Of a DNA stretch of 25,092 bases, positions 1 through 12,379 are shown piece after piece. How positions within the stretch are numbered: position 1 is the first letter of the stretch; the number at the start of each line of letters is the position of its first letter. The stretch comes from Trichinella spiralis (taxonomy: Eukaryota): positions 1,454,498 through 1,479,589 of the forward strand of contig NW_003526944.1 in assembly GCF_000181795.1 (NCBI RefSeq). Reading direction: 5' to 3'. Below the pieces are notes generated by a model, which saw only the letters and a list, made by a program, of their open reading frames with translations, did no database searches and had not been told where the DNA came from. The position numbers and the translations under genes are program-made.

Positions 1-1390
1 AAAGTTGGGCGACAATGCATATCCGTTTTGGTTTGAGGTACGAATATTATATTACATTACATTATATTGTTTTATTAATTTATGTTGTTCTACCCACAGT
101 TACCTCCTTATTCAGCTTCATCAGTTACGTTGCAACCAACACCTGATGATAATGGAAAAGTTTGGGCAATATTTATTTAAAAAAAAAATATTTTTTTGTT
201 TAATGATTTTTATTGTTTTCATTAGCCATGTGGAGTCGATTATGAATTGAAAACATACGTAGCAGATTGTATTGAAGATAAGCCGAAGAAACAGTAGAAA
301 ATTTTTTAATAAATGAAAATAATAGACAATAATTTATCTATTTATTAGTGACTGCGTACGGTTGGCAATTCGTAAACTAACTTGCGTACCGTTTGCATTT
401 AATTCACGACAACCGTCATTTGAAATCAGCAAAGATTACATGATGAGTTCAGGCTTGTTGTATGTCGAAGCATCATTGGACAAAGAAGTAGTTATTTATT
501 ATTGTTATTATTGGTATAATTATTATTAATTTATTTTGAAATAGCTTTATTATCATGGCGAGTCGATTTTTGTCAACGTGTACATACAGAACAACAGCAA
601 CAAAACGGTGAAGAAGATTAAAATTATTGTTCTTCAACGAGCTGATATATGTTTGTTCACTACGGCTACTTACCAGTGCGAAGTGGCGAAATTGGAAAGC
701 AGTGAAGGTTTCCCACTAAGCACCGGAGGCACGTTGACCAAAGTCTATTCGGTTTGTCCATTGTTGAGCAACAACCGCGACAAACGCGGCTTAGCACTTG
801 ACGGCAAGCTTAAACATGAAGATACTAATTTAGCATCGTCGACTGTGTAAATTTGATAATTTTGTATTTTTATTATTTAAAAAATGATAATATTTTGATG
901 AAATGTTTTTTAGTGTTGGTAGTGATGGAAATAGGGAAAATTTGGGAATTGTGGTTCAGTATCGCGTTAAAGTTCGCCTCTCTCTCAGTGGTCCCTTAAA
1001 TGGGTATGTGTTTCATTTTGAATATTAAAAATTTTTATTTGAATGCATGCATATATATATATATTAATATGAATGTTCAATGCTTTGAAGGGAGCTTTGT
1101 GGTGAATTGCCGTTCATTTTGACACGTCCAGAGCCGATTGAACTATGTCCATCGGATCCTAAAAACACTGCTGAAGAACAGGCAGTTGATGTCGACTTGA
1201 TTCAACTGGATGCAAAGTATTTTTTCTACGTATTTATTATAGTTTAGTTTATTTGTTTGTTTGTTTGTTTTAATTTTGACTCTTTATTATTATTTTATTT
1301 ATATCTTTTTTTTAATTCAGCGAAGAGGAATCTTTGGATGATATCATTTTTGAAGATTTTGCACGTTTGCGTGTGAAAGGCGAAACGTGA
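1..1390 (+). CDS. arr-1: Beta-arrestin (non-visual arrestin), 5'-truncated by the window edge; exons <1-37, 100-159, 226-293, 349-487, 545-846, 914-1003, 1091-1216, 1321-1390
   Basis: The spliced translation is continuous across GT-AG introns: [43 protein letters not shown]..|..[61 protein letters not shown]|..[17 protein letters not shown]..|[15 protein letters not shown]|..[17 protein letters not shown]. These are hallmark arrestin motifs, including the clathrin box (LIQLD) and the AP2-binding motif ([12 protein letters not shown]). Confidence 0.96.
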
Positions 1391-1527
1391 GACTGACATC
1401 TTTTCAACTGTTTTGTCTCAAAAAAAGTCAATTTTCTTTTTTAATTTTTTGTTTCACCGTGCTCAACGCCCCTTCTGTATATTGTTTTTTGTTTATTTGT
1501 AAAGATTGTTTCGTTAAAATTTTTCCA

Positions 1528-1533
1528 AATAAA
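1528..1533 (+). other. Candidate polyadenylation signal of the arrestin gene
   Basis: AATAAA ~140 nt after the stop codon; such hexamers are frequent in AT-rich DNA. Confidence 0.3.
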
Positions 1534-4464
1534 TAATAATTAATAATAATACTGCTGGAAAGTACAACGGCAAATGCTTATTGTGACATCTGTAAAATAT
1601 GCATATAATATGGTGAATGTTTGTTTCTTTTTTCTTGATCTGAAGTTTATTCAGAAGTAAAAAATGAAAAAAGAAGAAGAAACAAATACATTTTTAACAA
1701 TCTGTTTTAATGGTTGTTATTTTTAAGTTCCAAGTACAGTTATAGTATGCGATTATATTTCTTTAGTAAATTTCAGCGAATATTTTTTGTTGAAAATCGG
1801 CGATCGGATATTTCTATTTAAATGAAGTTAGAGGTACGTGTATTATCATGGCAAGTATATTTATAATTACATGCATGTATTGTTCATTATGCTGGTTTTT
1901 CTATGCAGCACTGTTGTTTCAGTGATACCAGCAATTAAAATCCATTATTGATAAAATTAATTTTCTTTTCGAGTCTTATGAAGTGTGAAGAATTTCCATT
2001 TTTCTGTTCGTCATTTGCAGTGAATTGTGGGATTGTTGTTTGCTATGCCGAAAAAATGCCGATCTTATTTCGATGCAAATCTGTACTACAGCTACTTGTA
2101 TCATATTACAAAGAGAAAATTGTACGATGCCCACACGCATAAAGTTTTGTGATTCATTTCTTTTTATTTCATCGCATGTTTTAGATGTGAAATTAATCAA
2201 AGTGCGTATTCAGCTATTTGGAGAATAATTTTTTTGTGAAGACAGAAAAGAAATTATTTTTCGAAATGAAATCAAATGGACAATATATTCGAAATTCTCT
2301 ACTACATCACTTTACAAAGCAGAATGATAATTTTTATTCGGTAAGGAGGAGTTTGCTTATTTATCGATTGTTTGCTATTTGGTTTAATTGTGGCATTTAT
2401 TTTATAAATAATTCTATTTAATTACTCGTAATTACGAACACGCCGATGTACATATGCAAAATGCTTAGGTTATACTACAATATGACGTGTAGACAGACGC
2501 TTGCAAATATGTAGTAGGATAACCAAATACATATATAAAAAGAGTCTACAAATCTATAATAGAACATTAGTAAGGGCTGCATTGTATTATAAATAATAAT
2601 TTTTATTTGTTGTTCCTTTTTAAAAAAATTTCAGTAGCTTATTTTACTACAGATATTATGCATCACTGTATTTTGCATTACAAAAGAATTGATTGAATAA
2701 TTTTCATGCAGAGATGATTAATTAATTCCATTTGAGTAGTAATGATTATTATTTGAGGTTATCAAAAGTTTGAACTTGTTGTAAACTGTTGAAACGTTTA
2801 TTTAATTATGTAGTTTAGTTTTCGTGAAAAATCTTCATTTTATTTTGTGATGTAATATGTACTCTTTTATTTTGCTGTTTTATAAATTTACAGGTGTGTT
2901 TGTGTAGTATACTCTAGTCAAATTTTTTTGCTTAAAATACAAGTGACAAAGAAAGGTTATATTCAGTTATGTAACAACAGGTCAGATTATTTTTAAAAAT
3001 TAAATTTTGATACAAAATGCACTGCTTGTAAAATGCAGCTGATTAATGCAGAAACAATACAAAAACACTTAATTTTTAACGATTATAAAAAGGGGTAAAT
3101 TTTATTTTATCAAATTGTCGATGTTTTTTTACGCTTTTAATAAATGGCGACTGCATGTTGACAAATTATCATTTTTATTAGCAATAGTATAAATAGCTGC
3201 TGCACAGTGTGATCACTTGGTAATCCGTGCATGCCTTTTTTATGGTGGAAGATATTTTGTAAGCGGTTTTTTTCTATCAAATTAATTTTTGAGCATAACT
3301 TGTCTGCATTACTTTATGATATGCTGAAAAGTTAGTGTTTTTTTTCTTTGGGAAGGAGAGATATTCTGATATTCTGATTTATTTCAAATGCTCATATCAA
3401 ATCATGAGATTGTAGTTTTTAACTACTTTTTTCTTTTTTTGTTTTAATTTCAATTATGAATATTTTATAATTGTCACGAATATGAAAACTCTTAGTATCT
3501 TGCATCTTGATTTCGTATTCCGTTTGATTTTATTTAATTTAATTGTGCAGTTTTCGAAAAATGGGAAATAATATTTGAAATTAGATTTTAATAGCAGATT
3601 ACTTATATCAATAATAAAAATGAATATTTTTGATAGAATGAGAAATAAATTTAATTTACTCGTGTTTTCCTTTTTTTTTTCTTTGAATATCAAGAAGCCA
3701 AGATCATTATTAACAGTATAACATTAAGTCATTATTAATTTTCTGTAAAATGGAAAATTATTCTCAAATTTGAATTAAAAATATTTTATTCAGTTGAAAA
3801 AAGAAGAAATTAATGATTTATTTATAATAAAAATGTTGCTTCTTTATAAACAGTCAAAGATGACATTTGATTATTTATTGTGATTTATTTATTGTTTCCC
3901 TTTATTACATGCACGAGCAGTCTGGATTTTTTTTTCTTTTTTATTTATTGTTAATGATTTTATTTGACTAATGACGAAAAGGCAGCTAGGAGAAAGTAAA
4001 ATGAAGCACTGTTATTTTTAATCGCAACAAAAAGAATAATCATGATTTTGCAAACAAATATATAAATTATGTTTTTTATTTGCTCATAGTTATTTTGAAT
4101 TTGTGCGATTTTATTTTACTGTTATTTTGAAAAATTGAAAAAATTTTTCCACTTTAATTGGAATGTTAAATATGAAGAACAAAGTATATCTTTGAGAATT
4201 ATGATACATTATTATTCTTCACTCGGTGTATCTATGACAGTTATTATGTAGTTTTGACTTTTTTTTTCATTTTCTTGCTATTTTTATTAGCTGAGATTGA
4301 CATCAAATGATGCAGTTTTCCATCGGTTTTGCAATATAATACTCAAGCGTATGGAATGAGGAATACTGTAATTTGATAATTTCCAGTCTTTCATAGCATC
4401 AGTTTGAATTTTACTTCAAACATTTTTTCTATATATACGCATATCTCCTGTATTTTTTAACATG

Positions 4465-4507
4465 CACACACACACGCACACACATCTATATATATATATA
4501 TATATAT
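4465..4507. repeat. Compound (CA)n/(TA)n microsatellite
   Basis: cacacacacacgcacacacatctatatatatatatatatatat. Confidence 0.85.
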
Positions 4508-7030
4508 CAAATTTGATTTATTTTCCTATTTTTTCTCCTTGGTAACCTTTAATTAGATAAACATCAGCAGCATTATGTCATCTGCTTTAAACACTGATTT
4601 GCATCGTTTTCTATCTGCTGGCATAAGCGCAATACTAATATTAAATTTGTACCATTTCTACATTTAGCCATCCTCTGCAATTTCAACAGTTGCTTCCAAA
4701 CAGGTATGCATTGTTCATACGTTTTTATTTTATTTTATTTTTTATTTGAATATTGACTTGAAAATATTTATTCTCATATAATTTTAATTTTTTACTTTTC
4801 AATAAATATGTTGAATTGATTCAAGAGGCTAGTGAGGATTGTTCTAATCAAAATTTTATGGTGTTGATAATTCAGTTTTTCAGAAACCAGTGTTTGCAAA
4901 TATTATAATTTATATCATTCAGAAATAAGAATAAAGATGAGATTTTTTAAATTTTTTTTGAACCGAGCAGATATGAATATTATGAATGAATCAGTTGCAC
5001 TAAATAATTAGAAAAAATTATCCATGATTTAGCTGTATAATTGAAAAGTTGTGTAAAGTGATATTTAATTGTTTGTTAGTCGTCTTTTTTTAAATGTTGC
5101 GTTAGAGGGTGAAATATAATACAGTGAGCATTATTTACAGTTTCAAGGAAGTGTCTACGAAGTCAGCGGCAAAAATGATATAATACAAATGCAACAGTTG
5201 TGTGATGAAGAATTTTTTAATACATGCAACATTGTGTATTAGCTTTTTTTTCATTTATGTATTCCAGTGATCATGTTCCAATAGACAGATAAGGTACTTT
5301 TCTAGCAGTTATTTTGGAAATAATTTGTGGAAAATAGCTGTTCATTTATTTTAAAAATTCAAATTTACAAATTAATAATTTTGACATAATTTCAACTATT
5401 TATTGAATGCAGTTGTCAAGCATCTAGTTTCGACAAAGCGGGTTTTGTGTTGCTCATGCATTGCGGTCAAAAGAGGAAAATTTTATTGTTGTTGTTTTTT
5501 TAATAATGAAGTTTTATAAAAATATTTTTTCTTGTTTGAGCTGCAAATTTGAATGAATTATTTTTAAACTCATCATCGATATATTGATATCAGAAGACAT
5601 TAAAATTTCAAATGTATAGTCCTCTTTTGCATTAGTTGAGGGATTTTTTCTTTTCTTTTTTTAACGTGTAATCTTGAAAACGCAGTGTTAATTAATGTTG
5701 TAACGTGTTATTGGGTTTTTTTAAATGAATATTTGAAATTGATGCTAAGCCTGAGTGTTGAGCAACAGTTAATAAGTTTTAGCTTTGCATTATTGGTGTT
5801 TGTCTCAAGAATCCCAACAACAACAACTAATATTTATGGTATTTTCCAAGCGAAGCTTTTAAGATTAGAATTGTATTAAAAAAATTTTTTTTGCAAAGAT
5901 TTTTGTTCAGTTTAGGAAATTTAATATTTTCTTTGCACTTAAAAGTTTCAAATGTTGATTATTTTATTGATTTGTTTTGAGACTGTGATGGAATTTTCAA
6001 TAGCCGAAACACAGTGCTGCTGACAGTGATGATAATGTTTGAAGGTAATTTTACAGATAATTTACGTAATTATTCACTTTTCACCTGATAGTGACAGCGT
6101 TGTTTGCATGGGTATAAATATACAAATGACAAAATCTTAATGATAAACCTTATTTTTTGACAGTTTTTGGGTGACGTCGAAAAAGTGGTGCCATGTTACA
6201 GTTTGGTTAACTTTGTAAAATTATGCTGTCCTTGTTTACGAAAGAATCCGATTAAACAATTAGCCGCCGGTTGTTGACTATTATGTTTACCAGTGGAGGT
6301 TTGAATTTTTCTTCTTGTTGTTGTTTTTTAAATTATAAAATTATCGAATTGCATTTTGCACACAAGGAATCACGTTGTCAAGAGAGAAGTGATCGATTTT
6401 TTTCGTTTTCAATATTCAACACTTCTCAGACACTGAGATAGAGCTTAGGACAGAAAAAAAGGAAAAGCATTTTTCGCTTGTTCACTTCGCAATTTTTTCA
6501 AAACCCCTCATTTTATTGTCTGGTTTAGCGTAATTTTTTTTCTTCCTTCGCATGTTCTATCTTATTAATTAATAGTTTTTTTTCTGATAAACTTTCGAAT
6601 AATAATGCATAATTCACATAATCACAAAAATATCTGTACAAAACAAAAATTAACTTGCATGTGTGTCTGTGTCGTTCTTACCCCTCATATAAAAAAAAAC
6701 CCCTCCACCTAACTTATGATGATGTAACGATGTAATTTAATTTGAAAATTTTTTCCCAACTTATTAAAATCAGTTGTTTCAACAAAGATTATATTTTTGC
6801 TAGTGGTATTTGAAAAATCGATTTTGCGTATTAAAAGAGAAAAAAAAGAAGACCAAAGAAGAAAAATGAAGCTCTCGTTTATTTTGAGGTGCTTTCTCTC
6901 TATATGTTTGTTAATTTTGAAATGGCAATTTTAGTTCCGTTTGGTATTTGGTTGGTATTTATTTGTTTTTGCTTTTTATTTCCCTGTTTTTATTTAGAGA
7001 TTGAGGTAGAAAATAAAAGATATAAGTTGG

Positions 7031-7144
7031 ATGGAATTGACGCGTCGTGTTTGGGATGTTGTGAATTTTCAACGCGCATCACAGACGTCCAATCACCACC
7101 ACCGAGCTCTTTTCGACTGCTTCGACGCCAGTGGGAAGAATGAG
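7031..7144 (+). CDS. Candidate upstream coding exon of the class IIa HDAC (MELTRRVWDVVNFQRASQTSNHHHRALFDCFDASGKNE)
   Basis: An ATG-initiated 38-codon open frame in a locally GC-richer patch. It is preceded by a TTTTTATTTAG acceptor (ends 6997) and ends at a phase-0 donor GAG|GTGAAT. This is compatible with the in-frame TTTCAG acceptor at 9802. No homology recognised. Confidence 0.35.
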
Positions 7145-9539
7145 GTGAATTTTTAAAATTGTTAAAATTAGTCGTCCGGCTTCTAAATAAAGCTTTACCA
7201 AGCTTCGTTATCCGCCTTCGTTGGGTTTGGGTAGTGTAACGAAGTTATCAGTTAATTATGCGCTGTTTGCATTTTCTTGATTAATTTGCAAATTTGCAAG
7301 GGCAAATTCTCGAGCATACCGCTTTGTTTTTTTACAGTTGTTTTCTGTTCTACTTGTGCGAATATATTAATATTATTATTATTACTTACTATTTTTTTAA
7401 CCAAGTCATTGTGTTTCACCTGAATGCCACAGGATCTGCTTGTTGTTTGTTGCTGTTGTTGATCAAGTTTGGTTGACTGGCAAATTTTTTGGATAGTTAG
7501 TTGTATATCAGGGGAGATTTTCCCACATATCCGCCCATAAACAACTCTGAGTCATTCATCTTAATTCAGATCAACAAAAAAAAGATAGAAACTGGGTGTG
7601 GCCGGTGGTAATTTATCCAGTGTGAATTTTCTCTTTTCAATTCAACAGCCTACACAAGTGTTTCTGCATATTTTCAACGATATTTCGATGACTTAATTGT
7701 TTGCATTGTTTGATAAAGTTGATAATTTTCCAATAGTACTGTAATTAGATGAAACACATTTATTTCTTTTTCTTTTGTTTCAGTAAGCTGTGTACTACTT
7801 TTATCGGTGCTTGTGTTTCCAATTTCTGCAGCTTGTTAAAAGAAGATCATACCTAAAACAACAATCAATAATCATAATGAGAAATAAAAAAAATCTTTTT
7901 TTCATACAAACCCCATTATGATTGTAATAAATAATTCAGTTGTTCAAGAATGTTCAAGAGCAGGTAATATTTTTAATTTTTTTTTTGACAAACGGTTTTA
8001 TATTTTGAAATTTTCATCTTTATTTACGATGCAATGGACAATTTGAAATGATAATAATAATAATAATAATAGTTTAATGATTTGGAAAACTGACAAAACG
8101 TAGCTATCTATTTTTATCGCCAATCATCATCGTTCCATCATTGATGACGTACTTTTGTAGTTCACGGTAAGGTTGTATGTACTGTTATCATTCTTACGTT
8201 TCCAGTGAATGCTTTTTTTTCTACTGTAAGAGAAAAGAACAACATGAAGAAATTTGTAGAATGTTCGGTAGAATTGTTTTGCTTTTGTAAGTTGCTGTAA
8301 GCTTGATTATTCATTTTCAATGCAATTTATTCATCATTATATCAAGCGCTGGAAAAGTTTGCACTTCTTTTATATTCTGTTGTTATTTATTAGTTAATTT
8401 TTTCTTTTGCAAAATCGATATTCTTTCTCACATACAGAATTGAATTTTAAGCATTCGTGGTTGAACGTTTCAATTTATGTGTCGTTAAGTTTTTCCATTT
8501 GTGTGAAGCATGTGAACAACTGGCTCGAACTGACGTCGTCTGCGGTAGCGCAAGCAGCGAGGAAGAATATTTTTCATTGCTCTGGTGGTGATTGGGTGTT
8601 GTGGTTATTCTCTCTTCCACTCTATACTCTTCAGTTTAGTGTTAAGTAGATTTTAATTTCTTCACCTCAAAATCAAACTCTTTTTGCATTAGTATATTTA
8701 TTTCAACTGAAAAACCAAATATATATATATATATTTTGTAGATGTGTGGTTTAGTTAATTGTATATATTGCTATTGGTTGTTAATATTTCAATTATCTCA
8801 CGATTAGTGTTGAATTTTTCTTCTGCGCTCGAAAAAAGAGGAATTTTGAGATATTTTTTGAGAATTTTGTATGTTCTATAAGAACACTTGTTGATAAGGT
8901 CAACGTCACAAGTCACATAATTAGAGAAAATATTTTCATCATAAAAAACCAAGAAAACAACAAGTAGAAGAAGAAAAAGGGAAAAAAGAGAGAAAAGAAT
9001 GCGAAATTGTTCTCCACTGGCTGTACATATTTATATATTGTGTGCATTTAAGCTTTCAGGAATGTTCAGGAAATTTTTTTCTCTTTCCATCGGACGCCTG
9101 CGGCAAATGAACGTGGGAAAATTCGAATAACATCCGCCTTTGTCATCATGTTGCGGAAGTGTCGATTTTGAATTGAACGGGGCGTTTTATTTTTAACCTT
9201 GTTTTGAGAATTGGTGGCCAGCAATTTTGGTGACAGTTCTGCGAATACTAAAATCGATCTCCAATTTTCGGCCAGTCGCAATTTTCTTGGAACTTTTTTT
9301 CTTTCACCATCCGTTAACAGCGCGGGTGACAATTGTCAAATCTGAGGTTTTAATTGGAAATTGAAACAATGAAAAAAAGCAGACGAATAATATAATGAAT
9401 TTGGTGTCTTTTTTAATGCAGGTAGTGTTGAGTTATTTGGGGGTTGAGAGGAGGAAATGAGAGACAGACAGACGCAGACGGACAGGCCGACAGATAAGAT
9501 AAGTTTAGTGGGAGAAAAAGAGAGAGCATTTTATGCTTT

Positions 9540-9835
9540 ACGGCTTGATGACGTTGGATTTTTCCGTTCAGACAGCCGTTAGTGAGTGAAGCCCATGGAA
9601 GAGCGGCGTTTCAGGACGCCTGGCGCGGCTGGCGACGCGTCACGTCGATTGACCGTCGTCGTCATGCGTACGTGAAAATCTTCAAGCGTACTGTACGCAG
9701 TATGGACCGTTCGGACGAGCCGGTGTTGATCATCTTTTTTCGCGCTCTCCGTGTTTGGCTACTGTAATTGATGAGTTGGTGGTCTTCTTTGCAAAGTTTC
9801 AGGTGTTGATCGGTTGGTTCGGTAGAGCGAAAGCA
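9540..9835 (+). promoter_or_regulatory. CpG-rich 5' flank/leader of the HDAC exon, with a TTTCAG acceptor (cis- or trans-splice) at 9797-9802
   Basis: Sharp rise in GC and CpG density compared with the AT-rich flanks. Palindromes GACGCGTC (9634-9641) and GCGTAC-T-GTACGC (9686-9698) are present. Confidence 0.45.
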
Positions 9836-11882
9836 ATGAGCGACGATAGTGTTTTGGGCGCGTTGTACGGGCGCCGTGAGGTTCCGTCGGTTTTCGAACT
9901 CGAACAGCGTGTTCTGGCGTTGCACTGCAGCTACAAGCAACGTCAGAGCAGCCTGGTGGAGCAGTTCCAACGTTCTCAGCAAGAGCTGGCCGTGCGCCAC
10001 TATGCAGAATCCCAGCATCTGCTCGACGAGTTCATGAAAGAACGCAGCTGCCACGCCCCTGTCGCACGCCACGCCAGCTTGCCGACAATGTCTTCTCCAA
10101 TACCCCGCGCCAACAGCATCGAAGCGTCCACAAGTACGAACGGAAGTAGTCCGGCATCTTGTGCCAGCGGTGTCCAAACGTCAGGTACGATCAGTGATCG
10201 GACCAAAGAAAAGTTGAAAGTAAGTTGACATTTTATTCCACCGCATTTTGAGTAGTCGATAAATACAGTTTTATTATTATTACTACGTTTTTATTGTTGT
10301 TTTTCACTGTTGGCACAAACAAGAAGAATTGTATTTATTGTTTTCTTTTTACTGTAACTTTTGTCCCGCTTATCTGAGATCGATGCAGTGCAATTTTGAT
10401 AAACACCTATCAACAGATGTACAGATTGTCAATTGATGTACCATTTTTCAAATAGAGCGCTCGCTAGAGTGTCCATTGAAGCTTGATTTGTTGGCTTGAT
10501 GCCAATTTATTTTCATTTTACGTCATCAATTTTGGAAGTGGTCACTACAAATTTACTTTGTTTATCATCAACTCGCTTAAATCGTGACGTGCCAGGACCT
10601 GTCATTGTCATTCTTGAATGCGATCCTTGATTTACCCTTCATTTCATCATTTCAGTATACACGTATACTTTTTTTCCTTCTTCTTCTTCTTCTTCTTCTT
10701 CTTTCTTATTGATGTGTTTGTTGTTGTCATTCTCAGCGTGGGTTGGTCACTCACGTTTTGTTGTTGTGCTAGTTGGACAGTTTGGGTTGATTTGTTTGTT
10801 TCTATTAGACCACTGTCACTTTTCATCAGCTTTTGGAAACACGGAATTGTCAAGCTGATGACGTCACCCTTCTGACGATGGTCGTCAGGGAAGCAACTAG
10901 CTGAGCGACAATTTTGCAGCTATTTTTAAATTTTAATTAAACTGCACCGTCGTTGTTGTTTCATAGGGAAACGGGCCATCATTTGCCGAGCAGTATTTAT
11001 CCCAATTAGAAAATAAGAACGCAAAAGGAAGTTATCGTATACAATTGAAACGATAATCGGTTAATAATATTGGAACGTTTTTCTCAAGCGTGAAACATTA
11101 TTTATTACACAATGCTTATTTATTTTTTTTAATATATTCGCAATGGTGTGGTGTGGTGTGGTGTGCGTGGTTTTTTGAAATTAATTTTTGCAATTTCGAG
11201 CCTCACAGCTATTTTTGATTCTCTATTTTGCTTTTTTTTCATTTATTACTTTTTCATGAGATACGATAGATCTATATGATTTTTTTTCTGCAAATTTTAA
11301 TTTAAGAAATTGAAAAAGCAAAACATTCAAAACACACGTACGCACAAATCATTATTATAAAAATTATAGGTGTTTCTTTTTTTTTTGATTTTTATCTTCT
11401 TGTTAATGAATACACATTAGATGTATTAGATTTCTTTTGGAAAAAGCTTATTTTTCACTTTTGAAGAAAGCCAAATTATAATAATGTTCATTGAATAGAT
11501 GTTGTTGTCAACAATTAATTTTGATAAAGTGTGAAAATGAATGTATTTGTTTAAATTTTAGGATAAAAAATGAGGAAACAACTGTTATTCATTTATGATT
11601 GTTCTGCATCAAATTTTTTGCAGATGAAATAATATTAATAATAATAATTGAGCTTGAGTTGATGATTTATCTGTTTTATGATTGTTGAACTGAAATGGAA
11701 CATTCAAAACTGTGCGGCTATTTCTTTCAAATCATGAACAAAAGTATTTTTATTCACCGTCTCCAATTCTGTCAATTTCGACCAGTTTCTGGGCTTCTTT
11801 TTACCAATCACACTGCTTGTCGTTGGTGTTGTTCTAATTTCAAAAGTTCCCCTTGACAAACATCCATTCTCTTCATCAACTT

Positions 11883-11919
<37 letters not shown>

Positions 11920-12005
11920 TTTGTTGTTTGTTATTTTTGAATTGTAGCTTAATGCATTTGGTCCATACTTCTTCAATCTTTGCTGTTCAACGTTCAATGT
12001 TCTAT

Positions 12006-12046
<41 letters not shown>

Positions 12047-12331
12047 CGCATATTAGGGTGGGTAAATAAATAAATGTATATTTTTGGCATTTTTGTCGAG
12101 CTTCAAAAATGATAATGATGTTAATGTTTGGTGACGTCATATCATGAACATGCATGAAGTTGCCAGAGCCGAAATGAGACTGCTCTGTGTTTTCCTGTTT
12201 TCCACTCGTGTTAGTTGGCATCGATTATCACATATATTCTCATATTATTTTTTCGTATTAGCTTCAACGTCCAGTCGGCACGGCTTGGCCGCCGATCGAT
12301 ATATGTGTATATATATATATATGTATGTATG

Positions 12332-12379
<48 letters not shown>

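Noticed and set aside
7201..7256. Inverted repeat GCTTCGTTA...TAACGAAGT as a possible pre-miRNA
   Set aside because: The stem is only ~10 bp with poor inner pairing, and it does not match any miRNA I recognise.
9662..10206. Minus-strand ORFs of 171 aa and 68 aa
   Set aside because: They are shadows of HDAC exon 1 in GC-rich sequence.
11144..11170. (GGTGT)n, and also (GGATT)n at 17301, as G-quadruplexes
   Set aside because: There are only GG runs (two-tier at best); simple repeats are the better explanation.
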